Assembly: GCF_018350175.1 (NCBI RefSeq)
Contig: NC_058373.1
Location: 104,162,001 to 104,226,000, forward strand
Direction of reading: 5' to 3'
Length of the DNA: 64,000 nt
Origin: Felis catus
Lineage: Eukaryota
The translations under genes were made by a program, and so were the position numbers. Position 1 is the stretch's first letter. The number at the start of each line of letters is the position of its first letter. Positions 39,601 to 54,400 of this stretch are shown here, piece by piece. Below the pieces are notes generated by a model, which was not told the DNA's origin, did no database searches, and worked only from the letters and a program-made list of their open reading frames with translations.

Positions 39601-42442
39601 TTAATTTTTTTCAACGTTTATTTATTTTTGGGACAGAGAGAGACAGAGCATGAACGGGGGAGGGGCAGAGAGAGAGGGAGACACAGAATCGGAAACAGGC
39701 TCCAGGCTCTGAGCCGTCAGCCCAGAGCCTGACGCGGGGCTCGAACTCACGGACCGCGAGATCGTGACCTGGCTGAAGTCGGACGCTTAACCGACTGCGC
39801 CACCCAGGTGCCCCCAGATGTCACTTTTTAAGTTTATTTATTTTGAGAGAGAGAGACAGAACACACGTGCACACACACGTGCACACGAGCACAAGCAGGA
39901 GAGAAGCAGAGAGAGGACAGAGAGAGAATCCCAAGCAGGCTCTACATTCCATGCTAAGTCCGACGCAGGGCTTGATCTCACAACTATGAGATCATGACCT
40001 GAACTGAAATCAACAGTTGGACACTTAACCTACTGAGCCACCCAGGTGCCCCCAAGATATCACTTCTTATTCCTAACTATAACCTCTCCTTGATCATTAT
40101 GTAGTATATGCCAAACTGGGAATCAAGAAAGTGATTTGAGTATACTCTGGACTCTAATTACATGGCTCTGCATAAGTCATTCTGCTTCATACTAAAAATG
40201 ACTGGGTTCCACATAGTTGAGATCTGGATAACTAAGATGCCACCAATTCTTAGAACAAACCATTTTCTTCTAGTATGTGAATAATCCCAGGCTTTAGGTA
40301 TTAATTAAGTAATTTTATGCCCAAGTCATTAAAAGCTCAGGGTACTTAAAATGTAAACTATTTGCTATTTTTTTTTCCACACCTGCAACAACAAAAAATG
40401 ATGTGCTTCCTAGTTAATAACCTGGAATAATTTATTCAGTCTAGGGAAAAAAAAGGCGACTATTTATAGTGCTGGTATTCTGCTTTACATTTTAATTACA
40501 TCATGTTAGGTCATTTCAATACATGGTTCAAGAGACAGGATTTGATCAGTGGTGTCATAAATAAGCTGGGTTAAATGAGTTCTTCATAGAAAATTTCAGT
40601 AACTGTCAATATTTGACAAGTTTGTCCAAATACAGTAAATTCTTAACATCTTTAGTTTTAACTGTAACATTTAACAAAAACACTTACCCTCCTGTGCCAA
40701 TGGATCTCTTTTGATGGTTTTTTGAATCATAATAGCGCTGTAGGATCATAGCACTTCTGCTTTTCAAATATCCAGTCTCTACCTCAATGTAGTTCTCCAA
40801 ATAGGAAATGAAAATGGATTTGATAAGCTTAGACAAGAAAGTCTGTTTATCAGTACCTAAGTTAAACTCCATCAACTTGCTGGAAAGATTTGTGGTTCTT
40901 TTCATGGAAAAAGGGAGAAAAAGATGAATGTATATTTTAGGTATAGTAATAACACTGAGGAATACTATTTTTACAATGTAATTTTAATAACTTATGTTAA
41001 ACCACCATTTCTTAAACCTTGGGAAGGTGCTTAGGATACAGAGAGAAGCTGCACAGCGCTATATATAAAGTAGATTGACATCACAAACAACATTGTGGTT
41101 TTGCAAACTGACTAAGGATAATCTCCTAGGGATAGGCGACTTAAGAGAAAAAATCTAGGCAACCAACCAGTCTAGAAATGACAACAGTGGCAGAATGACT
41201 TCAACTACACTCTAATGGCATTTATAACATAGTACCCAAGTCAGAATACTGAAAGATCTACTCTCTGTTCATTCTCCCTTTTGTCTTTGCCCATGTGGAC
41301 TTTTCTTTAATTTTCTGTTTTGCATTGTTAAATACAGACTCACAATAAACGTTGTTGGGATGGACTTCCTGATTATAGTTATTTTTGAAGACCCTCCTCC
41401 CAAAATGACGTCACTGACAAAGAACAATAGGACTGGAAAAAAACTCCATTAAGAGGCTTCTGATATAATATTTCTCAGTGTAACACTTTCATTTACAAAA
41501 GCCTAAGGCAAATTTTCATATCAAACTTAAGGCTGAAACTTATTTGTTAAGAATTTGTGACTTTCTCAATTTCTAAAGATTTAACTGCAGATAAATATAA
41601 TCATACTACTTCTTAGAAAAAAAATGATAGGGAACTAGCTTACAATTAAAATTCAAAACAAAATTCTTGAGTCTTAAACAACATAAACAAAGTTTCATTA
41701 AGGTACATGACTATAAAGAATATCTCATTCCTTAAGTTAATGTGCTAAGAATGCTGCTCTTTCTATAACAGTAATCTACGTAACCAAGTATTTAATGCTG
41801 AAAGGTATACTACTAACAAACTTTTACTCAAAAATACCTGAATACTTCACCATTTTCTATTAAAAAAAAAAAAAGAAAATCTGAGATGTTACTATTTTCT
41901 AGTAATTAAAAACATACCTTGTATATAAATCATAGAGATTTTTGAGATACTGCTCTGCATCAGACTTCCTACATTCTTCTAACTGGTCTTTCACAAAACT
42001 CTGGAGGGGAAAAAAAAATGGCCAACATTATGTCAAGTAAACATTATATTTTTTCTCTAAATTACTCCACATTCTGGGGCTGTTCTTACTTAAAATACAA
42101 TGGAAAAGGCAATGCATAAGAAGTATACCAATATAAAAAAACAATAGGCTTTTAATTTTTAATGCTTCTCATATTTACATGTTCATCTATAGCAGTCTTG
42201 GGAATAAGTATTAAGAATTTCAAAATTTCTTTTGAAACTGGCCTATCTTGCTTTTTAAAGTACATTTAAAAAACAAAACCCAGAAGCACCCAGGTGGCTC
42301 AGTTCGTTAAGCATCAAACTCTTGATTTTGGCTCAGGTCCTGATCCCATAGTTCCTGGGGTTGAGCCCCACATCAGGCTCTATGCTAATGGAGTGGCACC
42401 TGCTTGGGATTCTCTCTCTGCCCCTCCCCTGCTCATGCTCGC

Positions 42443-42476
<34 letters not shown>

Positions 42477-45400
42477 AAAATAAATAAATATTCAAAAAAA
42501 CAAGAAACAAAAAAACCCCACAAAACCCAAAAAACAAAACCTGATGCTGTATCGATATAGTCAATTCCTTAAAGCAGCATTTCTCAAACTGTGCCCTGGC
42601 TAACACTAGTGTCCCCTATGATTAACAGGCATTACTCTAAAATTGGGAAATTCTGTACTTTACATTCCTCCTAGAGAATCACAATATGTGTTAGTACTTT
42701 TAAAGGCTATAAAAAGTTCTGAATTGTGTTTTAAAAACAAAAACTTCTTTTATGTTGCTTAATCCAGTAGAAAACATAGTTTGGGAAATGTTGCCTTAAT
42801 GTATAGTGCTATGGGAGTCCAGGTTGTACATTAAATTACTGTTTTCGGGAGGAGCCAAGATGGCGGAACAGCATGGAACTTTTTTGTGTGTCTCACGTCC
42901 ATGAAATACAGCCAAAACAACACTAAACCATCCTACACACCTAGAAATTACTATTTTTTTTCTTTTCATATTAGTACCATATTATGAAAATTCTACAGAC
43001 TGTGCTTAAATTTCTTACTCAATTTCATAAATACATTCATTGGTCAAAGTGAGCACCCAATAAAAATAAAAATCTGAGGCTACCGGGGCACCTGTGTGGT
43101 TCAGTCAGTCGAGCGTCTGACTTGGGCTCAGGTCATGATCTCATGGTTCATGAGTTCAAGCCCCACATTGGGCTCTCTGCTGTCAGTGCAAAACCTGCTT
43201 TGGATCCTCTGTCCCCCTCTCTTTCTGCCCTTCCCCTACTAGCATGCTCTCTCTCTCTCTCAAAAAAAACAAAAAAAAAAAACAAAAAAAACAACAACAA
43301 TCTGAGGCTACCCCTCTACAACCTTTTATGACTTGTACTGCTGCTACACAAATTTTAAACATGTGCTCTGATGATGCTTGGTGATTAGCACCTTTTTTCT
43401 TGGTGAACAATATTTTTTTTAAAAAAGCATGACGTTGTTATTCTTTTCCCATTCACTGAATAAGGACATTACTATTCCAAAGGGCATTACATGAGTAAAC
43501 CAAAAATTAAAAAATAAATAAATAACTTTCAAAATAGAGAAAAAAATCACTTATTGCCTTAAGAATTACTTAGTCATGGGGCGCCTGGGTGGAGCAGTCG
43601 GTTAAGCGTCCGACTTCAGCCAGGTCACGATCTCGCGGTCCGGGAGTTCGAGCCCCGCGTCGGGCTCTGGGCTGATGGCTCAGAGGCTGGAGCCTGTTTC
43701 TGATTTTGTGTCTCCCTCTCTCTCTGACCCTCCCCCGTTCATGCTCTGTCTCTCTCTGTCCCAAAAATAAATAAACGTTGAAAAAAAAATTAAAAAAAAA
43801 AAAAAAGAATTACTTAGTCATAGTTTAAAATTACCTGTAGTTTGATTTCAAATACATTTTGAATAAGTTTAGCCAGTACTGTTTCTGGATTACTAAAGAT
43901 ATCTCCAACTTGTTTGTTTACCCGTTGACAGAGTATTGCTGCATCTTCAAATATATCATTTCTCAAGTAAGCACCCTAAACAGAGGCATTTTACATAGTT
44001 AATGTATAATTTTAAAATGGTTTTTAAAACACAAATTAGCATAAAATAAAATCCAGAAAAGTGTACTATTAGGTTACCTCCTGGCACTGCTTTATATAAA
44101 CATCAACACAATGGGAATAACCCTACAAAGAAGAAAGAAATACATTATCACAGTTCTGTTTTAATAACAATAATCACAACAGTAATAATCTCAATAAAAA
44201 TTATTATATGTAATAAAGCTATGTCTATGTCCTAATAAATCACCAATAATAACAGTTGTTGGATTAAATGAAATTCTCCAGTTGCTTTTTATGAAATTGA
44301 TCACCTGGTTCATATCTTTGCAAGATTTTAGAATGAAAAGAAAACTGGTATGAGTTTTTTGTAGTCATTTTGCCCTATGATCACCTAGCAAATCTCCTTC
44401 AACTCCAAAACATGTATATGCATGCATGCATACACACACACACAGATTCAGTCTTGAGAAAAGGTTTTTAATATATACAAATACATTATGTATTTCATAT
44501 TAATATATATATATAGATATATATATATATACACATATATATATATACACATATATATATATATATTTCCTTCTTTCCACTCTTGGATTCAAAGCATTTG
44601 TGTTCCCTTGCAAGACTCTGAACAGAGCTGTATTTAACTGGCATTCTGGAAATTTACTTTTAAAATTAAATCTATTTTAGCAGAATGTATTTAAACAAAA
44701 TAATGTGTCATATTAAGCTCTCTATAATGATTTTTGTCCATTAACAAATCATACATAAAAACAAGTAAAGTAAGCAATGCCAAAGTACACTATTGTGCCA
44801 GAAGCCATTCTCAATACTTAATATGTTGCTTGTAAGTGAAAAGTCCAACAAAAAACTCCTATTTCCTACTCAGATACAAATATAAACAGATCGGGGGTAC
44901 CTGGGTGGCTCAGGTGATTGAGAGTCCGACTCTTGATTTCAGCTTGGGTCATGATCCCAGGCTCATGGAATCAAGCCCCATATCAGGCTCTGTGCTGAGC
45001 CTGTTTAAGATTCATTTTCTCTCTCTCTCTCCCTCTCCCACTCCCTCTCCCTCTGCCCCCCTACCCTATTTGCATTCTCTCTCTGAAAAAAAAAAAAAAA
45101 GGAAACAAATTGCAAAGCACTATTTCTTTAATTTCTTTATAAGGATTCTCTCCCTAATTCAAAATCCAAGAAGATAGTATTTCTTTGTATTACCACCTAA
45201 GATCTTCTGGATTTAAGTCTTTTACTAATTATATTCCATCTAATCTCTGGCTCCTACATTCCACCAGATATTTAAAGCTAAATCTTTTTACTTTTGACCT
45301 ATTTCATAACATGTTTAACTGAAAAAATAAAAAGACAAGAAGACAGTATGATTTTCTATGTCAACCAATATAAAAAGTCATTGATAAAATTTTATTGAAT

Positions 45401-48400
45401 ATTAAATACCTAAAATTTAACATAATTTATGGAAGAGATATGAAATATACATTTAAATTGTTCAAAACAATAAAAATAATCACTGTGAGAGTCATACAAC
45501 TAACAGGATAATCGGTGACTATAATATATAGAATTTATATAATCTCCACAATCTTGAAGATTAATCTTCATTTTTAATCATTACTATTTACCTTAAAATG
45601 AAGCAAAACTGCTGCTACTTCTCGCATTCTGGAGATTTCACCTCTTCTTTGAGCACTGGTAAACTCCTGAATCAGTTGGCATTCTAAATCATGGTATTTA
45701 CCTAAAAGTGAAAAGGAAGTAATTCAGCTACAACGGGACAACGTATGCAAGTTATTTACGAGCACATGAATTATTTACAAATATAATGACTACAGATCTA
45801 GCCTTCTTTTGAAAGACTTATAAAAACAATATGTGATTATAGGCAGTGAGTCTAGCCCCTAAAATACACTATGATATAATATAAATCTATATTTTTAAAG
45901 ACAAAGAAATCTTCCTGACCAGGAAAACAGCTGAACTCCCTTGGTCTGACTACCACTTACCACTGTTACTTACAAAAGCAGCTGACTGAGATAAACCTCT
46001 GGATGTCATTTCTGATAGTATGAGATAGGACAAATCTTAAACATAAAGCTGTAGAAATGGCGAAGAGGACTACAGAACTCTTTACTAGAATTCAGATGTC
46101 TTTACCATGAACTATCGTGGATTTAACACCAAATATCACCTTAAGATAATACATGGTGTCTGATTCACTACATTATTGAGGCTACTAATGTTCTGTGTGA
46201 AAACCTGAATGCTGTGTTAATCTACAGTAATCAGAAACGTTGCCAAGAAGTCCAACTATCTATGTCATTCTTATTGTAACACTTTTGGGAAAATAGGTGG
46301 CTCTCTGAACCTTCTATGCAATGGTCTCCCAAACATGACTCAAATTACCATGGGAGCCTGCAAATATAATGGCTTTTCCAGAGACCCAGAATGATCTGCT
46401 TAAAATATAATCCAAAGATTGGAAAGGATAAAACTAATCATGTAAGCAGTTATAAAGATACTGAAATGCTCACACGAGCTTTTAAGTTAAAAGCTCTTAG
46501 CTTTTAAGACAAAGAACCTACTTTACAGATACATGGATACAAAACAACCTCCAAGATACACTGTTAAATTAAAAACACAAGGTATAAAGCTATTTGTATA
46601 GGATGCTACCAATTATTTAAAAATAACCAGTGACAGTAGGACTAAATTCTACACATGTATATGTGATTTATGTCCTATGCTCGTATATCCATAGGATATT
46701 CTAGAAGAATACCTAAGAAACTGGTAATGACTGCTTCAAGGAAGAGGAGTCAAACTCAGGGATAAGGTGAGAAGACAACATTGTTCCCACTATCTCTCCT
46801 TTTACTATTTTTCTTTTACAGAAGTATTTTTATCACCTATTCACAACTATTAAATAAATCAAACTCCACTTACTCGCAATTTTGGATTTTACTTCTGAAA
46901 ATCTGGAAGATAAAAACCAATGATGAGGTTCATACTAGAGAAAAATGTACCACAGTAATCTAAGATGTTAATAAAAGCGGAAACGGGGTCTGGGAGTGTA
47001 AGGGAAACCTTTGTACTAAAGGTCATCATCAAGGAAAGAAGGAAGGGAGGGGAAAAGGGAAGAAGAGAGGAAAGAAGGAAGGAAGGCGGCGGGGGGGGGG
47101 GGGGGGGGGGGGGGGGGGAGGGAGGAAGGAAAGAAGGAAAGCAAACAAACCAGCTAGTCAGCCAACCAGGAGGGAAAGAGTACTGACAGTAAGCATGCCA
47201 GGTAACAAAACTGAATTTGGGCCATTCAGATGGGGCGGCTAGTTCTCATTTATGAAATTCACTCTGAATAACCAATAACTTGTTAAAGAGGGAGATGTTC
47301 TATATGAGGCATTAACAACCCCACCAGCCCCAACACTGAGCTATTGTCTCTGCTTATATTCACTAACAAGTTTTTAAAAGATTTTTTTTTAATTTATTTT
47401 TGAGAGAGAGTGTGCACAAGTGAGCCAGGAGCAGAGAGAGAGGGGGAGAGAAATTCCCATGCAGGCTCCACACTGTCAATGTGGAGCTCAGAGCAGGGGC
47501 TCAAGCTCACCCAATGCAGAACTTGAACTCATGAAACCTAAGATCATGACCAAGCCGAAGTCGGATGTTTAACCGACTGAGCCACCCAGGTGGCCCTATT
47601 CGCTAACATTTTAAATTCCTATTCGTTTATTTGCCCCTTCTGTTGGGATTTTTTTCATAAAAAAAATTCCATTACTGTTATTTAAAAGAAAAAGAACAAG
47701 AACAGTATATGAAACATAAAATAGAAGTCATAAAAAGGACCCAGCAATGTGTGTTACAGACAAACCATCCAATCTTTGCAAATTCAAAAACTAAAATATT
47801 ACATACTACCATACACTAGAATTTTTTTTTAATTTTTTTTTTAACGTTTATTTTTGAGGCAGAGAGAGACAGAGCATGAACGGGGGAGGGTCAGAGAGAG
47901 GGAGACACAGAATCTGAAACAGGCTCCAGGCTCTGAGCTGTCAGCACAGAGCCCGACGCGGGGCTCGAATTCACGGACCGCGAGATCATGACCCGAGCCG
48001 AAGTCGGCCGCTCAACCGACTGAGCCACCAGGCGCCCCTACACTAGAATTTTTTTAAATCTTAAATATCAAGGGAGAATGTACATTATGAAAAAGTAATG
48101 TTGAGAGATTCTATGTAATCAGTTTGGAGAGAGAGGAGGATGGTTGGCAAAAGAGATGGCAAAGACAGATAAAAAAGGTGATAAAAATGTAGAGTTGTAC
48201 AGGGGCGCTTGTGTGGCTCAGTCGGTTGAGCATCCGACTTTGGCTCAGGTCATGATCTCACAGCTCGTGAGTTTGAGCCCCATGTCGGGCTCTGTGCTGA
48301 CAGCTCGGAGCCCGGAGCCTGCTCCAGATTCTGTGTCTCCCTCTCTCTCTGCCCCTAACCCACTCTCACTCGCAATCTGCCTCTCTCTCAAAAATAAATA

Positions 48401-51400
48401 AACATTAAAAAATTTTTTTTAAAAAGTAGAGTTATACAAAACTGATGTATCAAAGTCATGGTGGAATAGAATGCATGTAAGGCCATACTGATCTTTGTGA
48501 AAGAATTAAAACTAATTAGGACATATATTCAACTCCAAGGCTTGGCAGAGACTAAAACAGATTTGTAAGAGAAATATGTAACTGAGAAATAGGAGAAGAT
48601 GAGTATATGCAGAATAGAATGGAGAGATTATCCAACAATTATCAGGCAACCTATTGTGATCTACACATTTTACCCATTTAAGGAAATGGTCCAATTTTGA
48701 AGTCCCTAAGGAGGAGTCTGTGGCTAGGCTAAAGAGTCTAAAATTCCATGAAGTTGCTTATAACAATCTGTGTGGATCTGAATTTTCTGAAGAAACTTTT
48801 TTAGCTTTCATCAACTTTTTTTTTTTTTTTTAATTTTTTTTTTTTCAACGTTTATTTTTTTTTTTTATTTTTAGGACAGAGAGAGACAGAGCATGAACGG
48901 GGGAGGGGCAGAGAGAGAGGGAGACACAGAATTGGAAACAGGCTCCAGGCTCCGAGCCATCAGCCCAGAGCCCGACGCGGGGCTCGAACTCCCGGACCGC
49001 GAGATCGTGACCTGGCTGAAGTCGGACGCTTAACCGACTGCGCCACCCAGGCGCCCCTCATCAACTTTTAAGGTGTCTAAAACTCCATAAAGTTTAAGGA
49101 CTCTCATCTAGATATAAGAAAAAGCAGCTGAATGGCCCCATGTTTAAACTTTCTCCATTCCCTCCATTCCAGCTTATCAGAGTCCAAAAAAAATGAAAAT
49201 TTAAAACATCACTTTAGGAAATTTCAAAATTCTTCAGCAATTTTTTTTTCAGAAGAAAGACAAAGAGGGGCACCTGGATGACTCCATCAGTTAAGTGTCT
49301 GACTCTTGATCATGGCTCAGGTCATGATCTCACGGTTCATGGGTTCATGAGATCAAGTCTCGTGTCTGGGGCTCTGCTGGCAGTGTGGAGACTGCTTGGG
49401 ATTCTCTCTCTCCCTCTCTCTCTACCCCTGACCCGTTTGCGCACGCACACGCTCTCTCTCAAAATAAAATAAACTTAAAAAAAAAAAGACAAAAGGGTGA
49501 AAGTATTTCAAAGTATACCACTAAATTTAGATATTAAGAAACTATATTTTTTCAATCAACTCTTACATACTATGCTTGTACAAAGGAGGTACTCAATAAA
49601 CTCTTGTTGAATAAGCAAAAACATACAGGGAAAAATAAAACTTTATAAATTATAGCATACATGCAAATTAGCTCTTGAGAAATGAACTTGCCTGTCAAAA
49701 GGTAACTCTTGGGCAATTAGGTGCAACTTCTGAATGATGTCTGCTGCCTCCTTTATCTATTCAAAAATAAATGAAAGCAATAATTAAAAAAACAAACCCT
49801 ACACATACCAAATATATCTTTATATTTGAAAATAATAATAATCCCCTATGTATGCCAATAGACCCTCACTCCAACAATTATCTTTTAAAATCCATACAAA
49901 TAAAACCTTGTGAGCAACAGAAATACATTATCATCAATAAATGAATCAATAAAACATAAACATTTGTCTTTCTGGTATTGAAATTTTGTGATTTTATAAT
50001 GCCATAATCCCTTCCCAGTGAAACTTGCAGTTCAAGTTTACTCTGAAAAAATTAAAATCATTGCTTGCTGAAAGCCTAAGTGTCTCTTCTGGTTTATGAA
50101 ACCAAAAAAGACAAACAAGATTTATGAAAATAATTCAGATCATATTGCTGCATATATCCCACTTTAACCTAAACTGAATGAATATAACTAAATAAAACAG
50201 CTAAAATACCTATCATTTAATAAACACATAAATTTATAAAACTTGTTCTAAAAGCAAATATAGAGTTGAATATGAAGTCTCCTGAATGAAATATGGTACA
50301 GAGGTGTACTTCTTTAAGTGGTGGAACTAAAGGATTCAGGCCAAGGGTCTAAAGTTCTTGAAATGCAAATATTTGACCATGCTTACTTACACTAATGTGT
50401 GGGGGGAGTTACACAATATTCACTTTTTCTTTAAGTTTCAATTAAGTACTGAGTTTTGGCACACCTTCAGTAACTGATTTATGATCACTCACTTTCTTTT
50501 ACACTAAAAAATAAAGAGACTCTTACAAACATGAAGCAAGAGCTAAAAACATTAACACAGATCTTTCTAACCAAGCACTCATGTGAAGTCTGGCAAGCAA
50601 AGTGAACAACAGCAGGGCCAAACAAACTGTTGCCAAACAACAGTGAACATAGCATTCTGGTTTTAGTTATCTCTTCTCTCCTTGTCTGTATGTCACTGTG
50701 ATTTTCAGTTATAAACACTCACTCCATCCTGCTGCACATGGGAACAGGTACCACTCCAATATCACTTTGCACCATGCCATTTAGTTGGACTAGCAATGTC
50801 CAACCTTTTCTCCTCACCAATATCCCCTTCAGAAAAGACCTGCCTGGTCTATAGCCAGTTCTGTTTCCACCAGGAATCTGTCCTATTATTTTAAGAGACG
50901 GAAGTCCCCATTATGTGCTGTTTGCAAACTTTCCTTAATGTAGTAGAAATATAGCAATAAGTAACACTTGACTTTATTGAATTTCCACAAGTAATTATTT
51001 TATAAAAATCATTTAAAGCACAATAGTTCTCAAGGGCATCAATCAGTTAAAAGTATAGTACAATAGTAAGTACAGAAGTTGTCAAATCCACAATCTAATA
51101 ATTTGTCTACATGTAGAGTAAGGTGAGAGGCCACCCATGCAGCAAACAGTGTTAAAAATAATCAAATCATCAGGCATTATCTACATGAAGAACAATAAGC
51201 TGTGATTCTAGGGAGTAAAACAACTAACAAACTTTGTAAGAATAGAGGTAAGAGCGAATACATATGACATGGACAGAAAATAGGTTTTTTAAAGCAAAGT
51301 TAAAAGAAATAAAAATGACTACGGAGCAGGAAGAAGATGTGTTATCCTATTCTAATTCCTCCTGCAATCACACTTCTCTCTAGGTGTGGGTGATTTGCCT

Positions 51401-54400
51401 TTTCTTTCCATTGGGAAGGGAGAGCTGGCAAGAGTATAGAAACTGAGATAGCTAGAAGTTTAACTTGTAATTGGCAATCTAATACCAAATGTAAGTTCTT
51501 AAATGTAGTTAACTGTGATAATACTAAGCCAAAAATAATGATTCATAACTGGCAAATAGTAACCCCAAACTTATGGAAGACATGAGAGAAAAACAAGATG
51601 ATTGGGAAAAAAGGAACAAAACATAAGAAAAAAGGAACACAAGATGAAAGAAAACGGAAAATAGAAGAGAGTGAAGCAAAGAAGAAGAATTCACTTAAAA
51701 ATTACTAGTCTAAAAAAACAAGAACAAAAAACTGTTAGTTTATACTTGCACCCCAAAAACTACAGATAAATGAGTGAACAAGTGAATGAAATAGTAATAT
51801 GAAGACTTTTTCTTTCAATTAGAACTTAACAGATAATACAAAGAACTACACAATAACCTGAGGATAATTATAATGTTTAAATAAGCGTATAAAGAACTTA
51901 ATTTCATGATGTAAAACATTACAAACAATACAAATCAGATTAAAAATATGTATGATCAGTCAATTTTAAAATATTTTTTTCTCTAGACTAAATGGCTACT
52001 TTGAGCTGCCTTCAAATAAAAGGCCAACTCACATTGGGTAAAATATCTGCATTTGGTTTATAACAGCATAAACGGATTACACAATCCAACAGGTATAATA
52101 CCAGGTAATCCAAGTTATAAAATTTAAGTTACATACAATTTTTCATATATAAAAACATATTTTATAATATGCATAAATATGTACTTTTATATTATAACCA
52201 TATATTTTTATATTTAAGAAACAAAATAAAAGCATTCCATAAACTATCCTGAAAAACAGTTCATTGCTCAAGCTTTAGGGTGTGTGTCTGTGTGAGTATA
52301 CTTTTATACTTAAAAATCATATAAATGTAACAAAAGCTAGATATTGCCACTGTCTTACAAGTGTTTAAGTTCGACAACATTCTTAATGTTAATCTTGTCA
52401 ATTCTACCTTTATACAATAAATATAATTCCTTACACTCATTATTTAAAATACTGTCTTTTCCTTAGAGGAATTATGTATAATATGTAACTGCTTTTTCTG
52501 TAAGCTTATACAGTTCCTACTTACAAAAAACAGTGTTGCCGAATTCAAAGTAAACTTCAACAATAGTTTTTAACATTCCACTATCATAAATATCCCATGG
52601 AGTAAACTTGGAATAATGCAGGAAGACTGTATATTCAATGCATTAGTGGACAATGTTACCTTGTGCATATAGTATCTATAAGAATGTTTATTTCTTCATG
52701 CATTTTGAATTTTTCCCCCTTGGGGGGCAGGGGGGGAAGAAAGTCAGCTAAACAACCTTCTTTCAAGATTGCACAACAGTCAATACCGTGTACCCTCAGA
52801 CCAGTATTAAGTGACTAGTGCCATGAAAAGGATTAACATAAACAATTCAGATTTTTCCAATCTCTTTGGTCCAAACTAGAGCTCTTTATTCAAGCAACAG
52901 AAACCAGAAACTCTGAATTCCTTGTGCAGAAAGATATTTCAGCTTATCAATGATTTAGGTCACACTACCCCCTAAACCCAACAGAATATAACTATTAAAT
53001 TCTGTTAATATTAAAAGTCAATTATGGGAAAGAACTGTTAACATAGTTACCTCAGCATTTCCAAACCACACATAATTCTATAAACAAAAATGCCAAGACA
53101 ATCCTGTAGTTAAAAATCTGAATATACACATTTCATCAGGAATCTGCAGGCAAGTGTACTAATACACATTTCAGAACAATAAAAAGTTTCAATAAATCAG
53201 CTACTCAGTGATTTGAAAGTAATAATTAGGGCATTGCTATTAATGATGCAGCTTGCTTTTATCATTCTGATAGTGCTCACCTTTTCAGAATTTGTAAAAA
53301 CATCAGATTTCAATTCTCCATCTAGAAACTCATTGAAGTATTTCATCAATTTCTGAGCCTCCACTGCCCGTTGTCTAGGTGTGTTTACCCCTTCCAACTG
53401 GTCTCCAAGGTGACAGACCTTGGTTGCTACATAGCTGATGTGCTCATCTAGTTCTTGGAAATGTTGGAAGGCAACCTAGGAAAAATGTACACAAGCATAA
53501 AATATAATCAGAGAATCCAGTTTATAAATTAATTCATATCAAACCCAGAGCACCAATCTCATCCCTACTCTCTAACTTAGGTAACTGAAGATAATATAGA
53601 AGTTATATATGAGGTAAACTACAAAAACAACTTATGCCCATTAGCAGCATAACATGATCTGAAAACTTTTTAACAAACTTGCACACTTTTATACCTTTAA
53701 CTATTAAAACATTTTATCAAGAACATTTGTTTAGAAACAAAACAGTATCCTGTTTAACAACATTCCCAGTACCATTTAGTCCTGAAAACAATGAACTAAG
53801 CATCAAAGGGACCCAGGATCTGGACAATTTGCTTGCCATCACACAGAGTCAAAATACGTCAGACGTGAAAAACACTAATTAAAAATAGAATATTGGGAGA
53901 CCTTGGTGGCTCATTTGGTTAAGTGTCCAACTCTTGATTTTGGCTCAGGTCATGATCTCATGGTTTGTGAGATTGAGGCCCATGTCTGGTTCTGCGCTGA
54001 CAGAGCCTGCTTGGGATTCTCTCTCTTCCTCTCTCTTTGCCCCTCTCCTGCTCGTGCTTTCTCTCTCTCTCTCTCTCTCTCAAAAATAGAGTAGTTAACA
54101 TATATTTTAAATATCTGAAGAGCAATGCCAACATTAGAAATAAGGTAAGATGGTTCTTGCCCAGTTTTGAAAACAGAAAAGACTATAACAATTATTTAAA
54201 TGAAGCAAAGGTACAATACTTCCTAACATATTTTTCCTCTTTTCTGACTACAGAGATTGTTCTGTGGTGTATGAAAATTATACACAATGAATGCCTTAGA
54301 ACTGCCAATAACAAAATTGGTGATAATTCAGTATGACACTTCATTCTTACTTTAAGTTAAGATGGGGGTCGGGGGGGAGAGGCAAACATTCACTAAGGAC

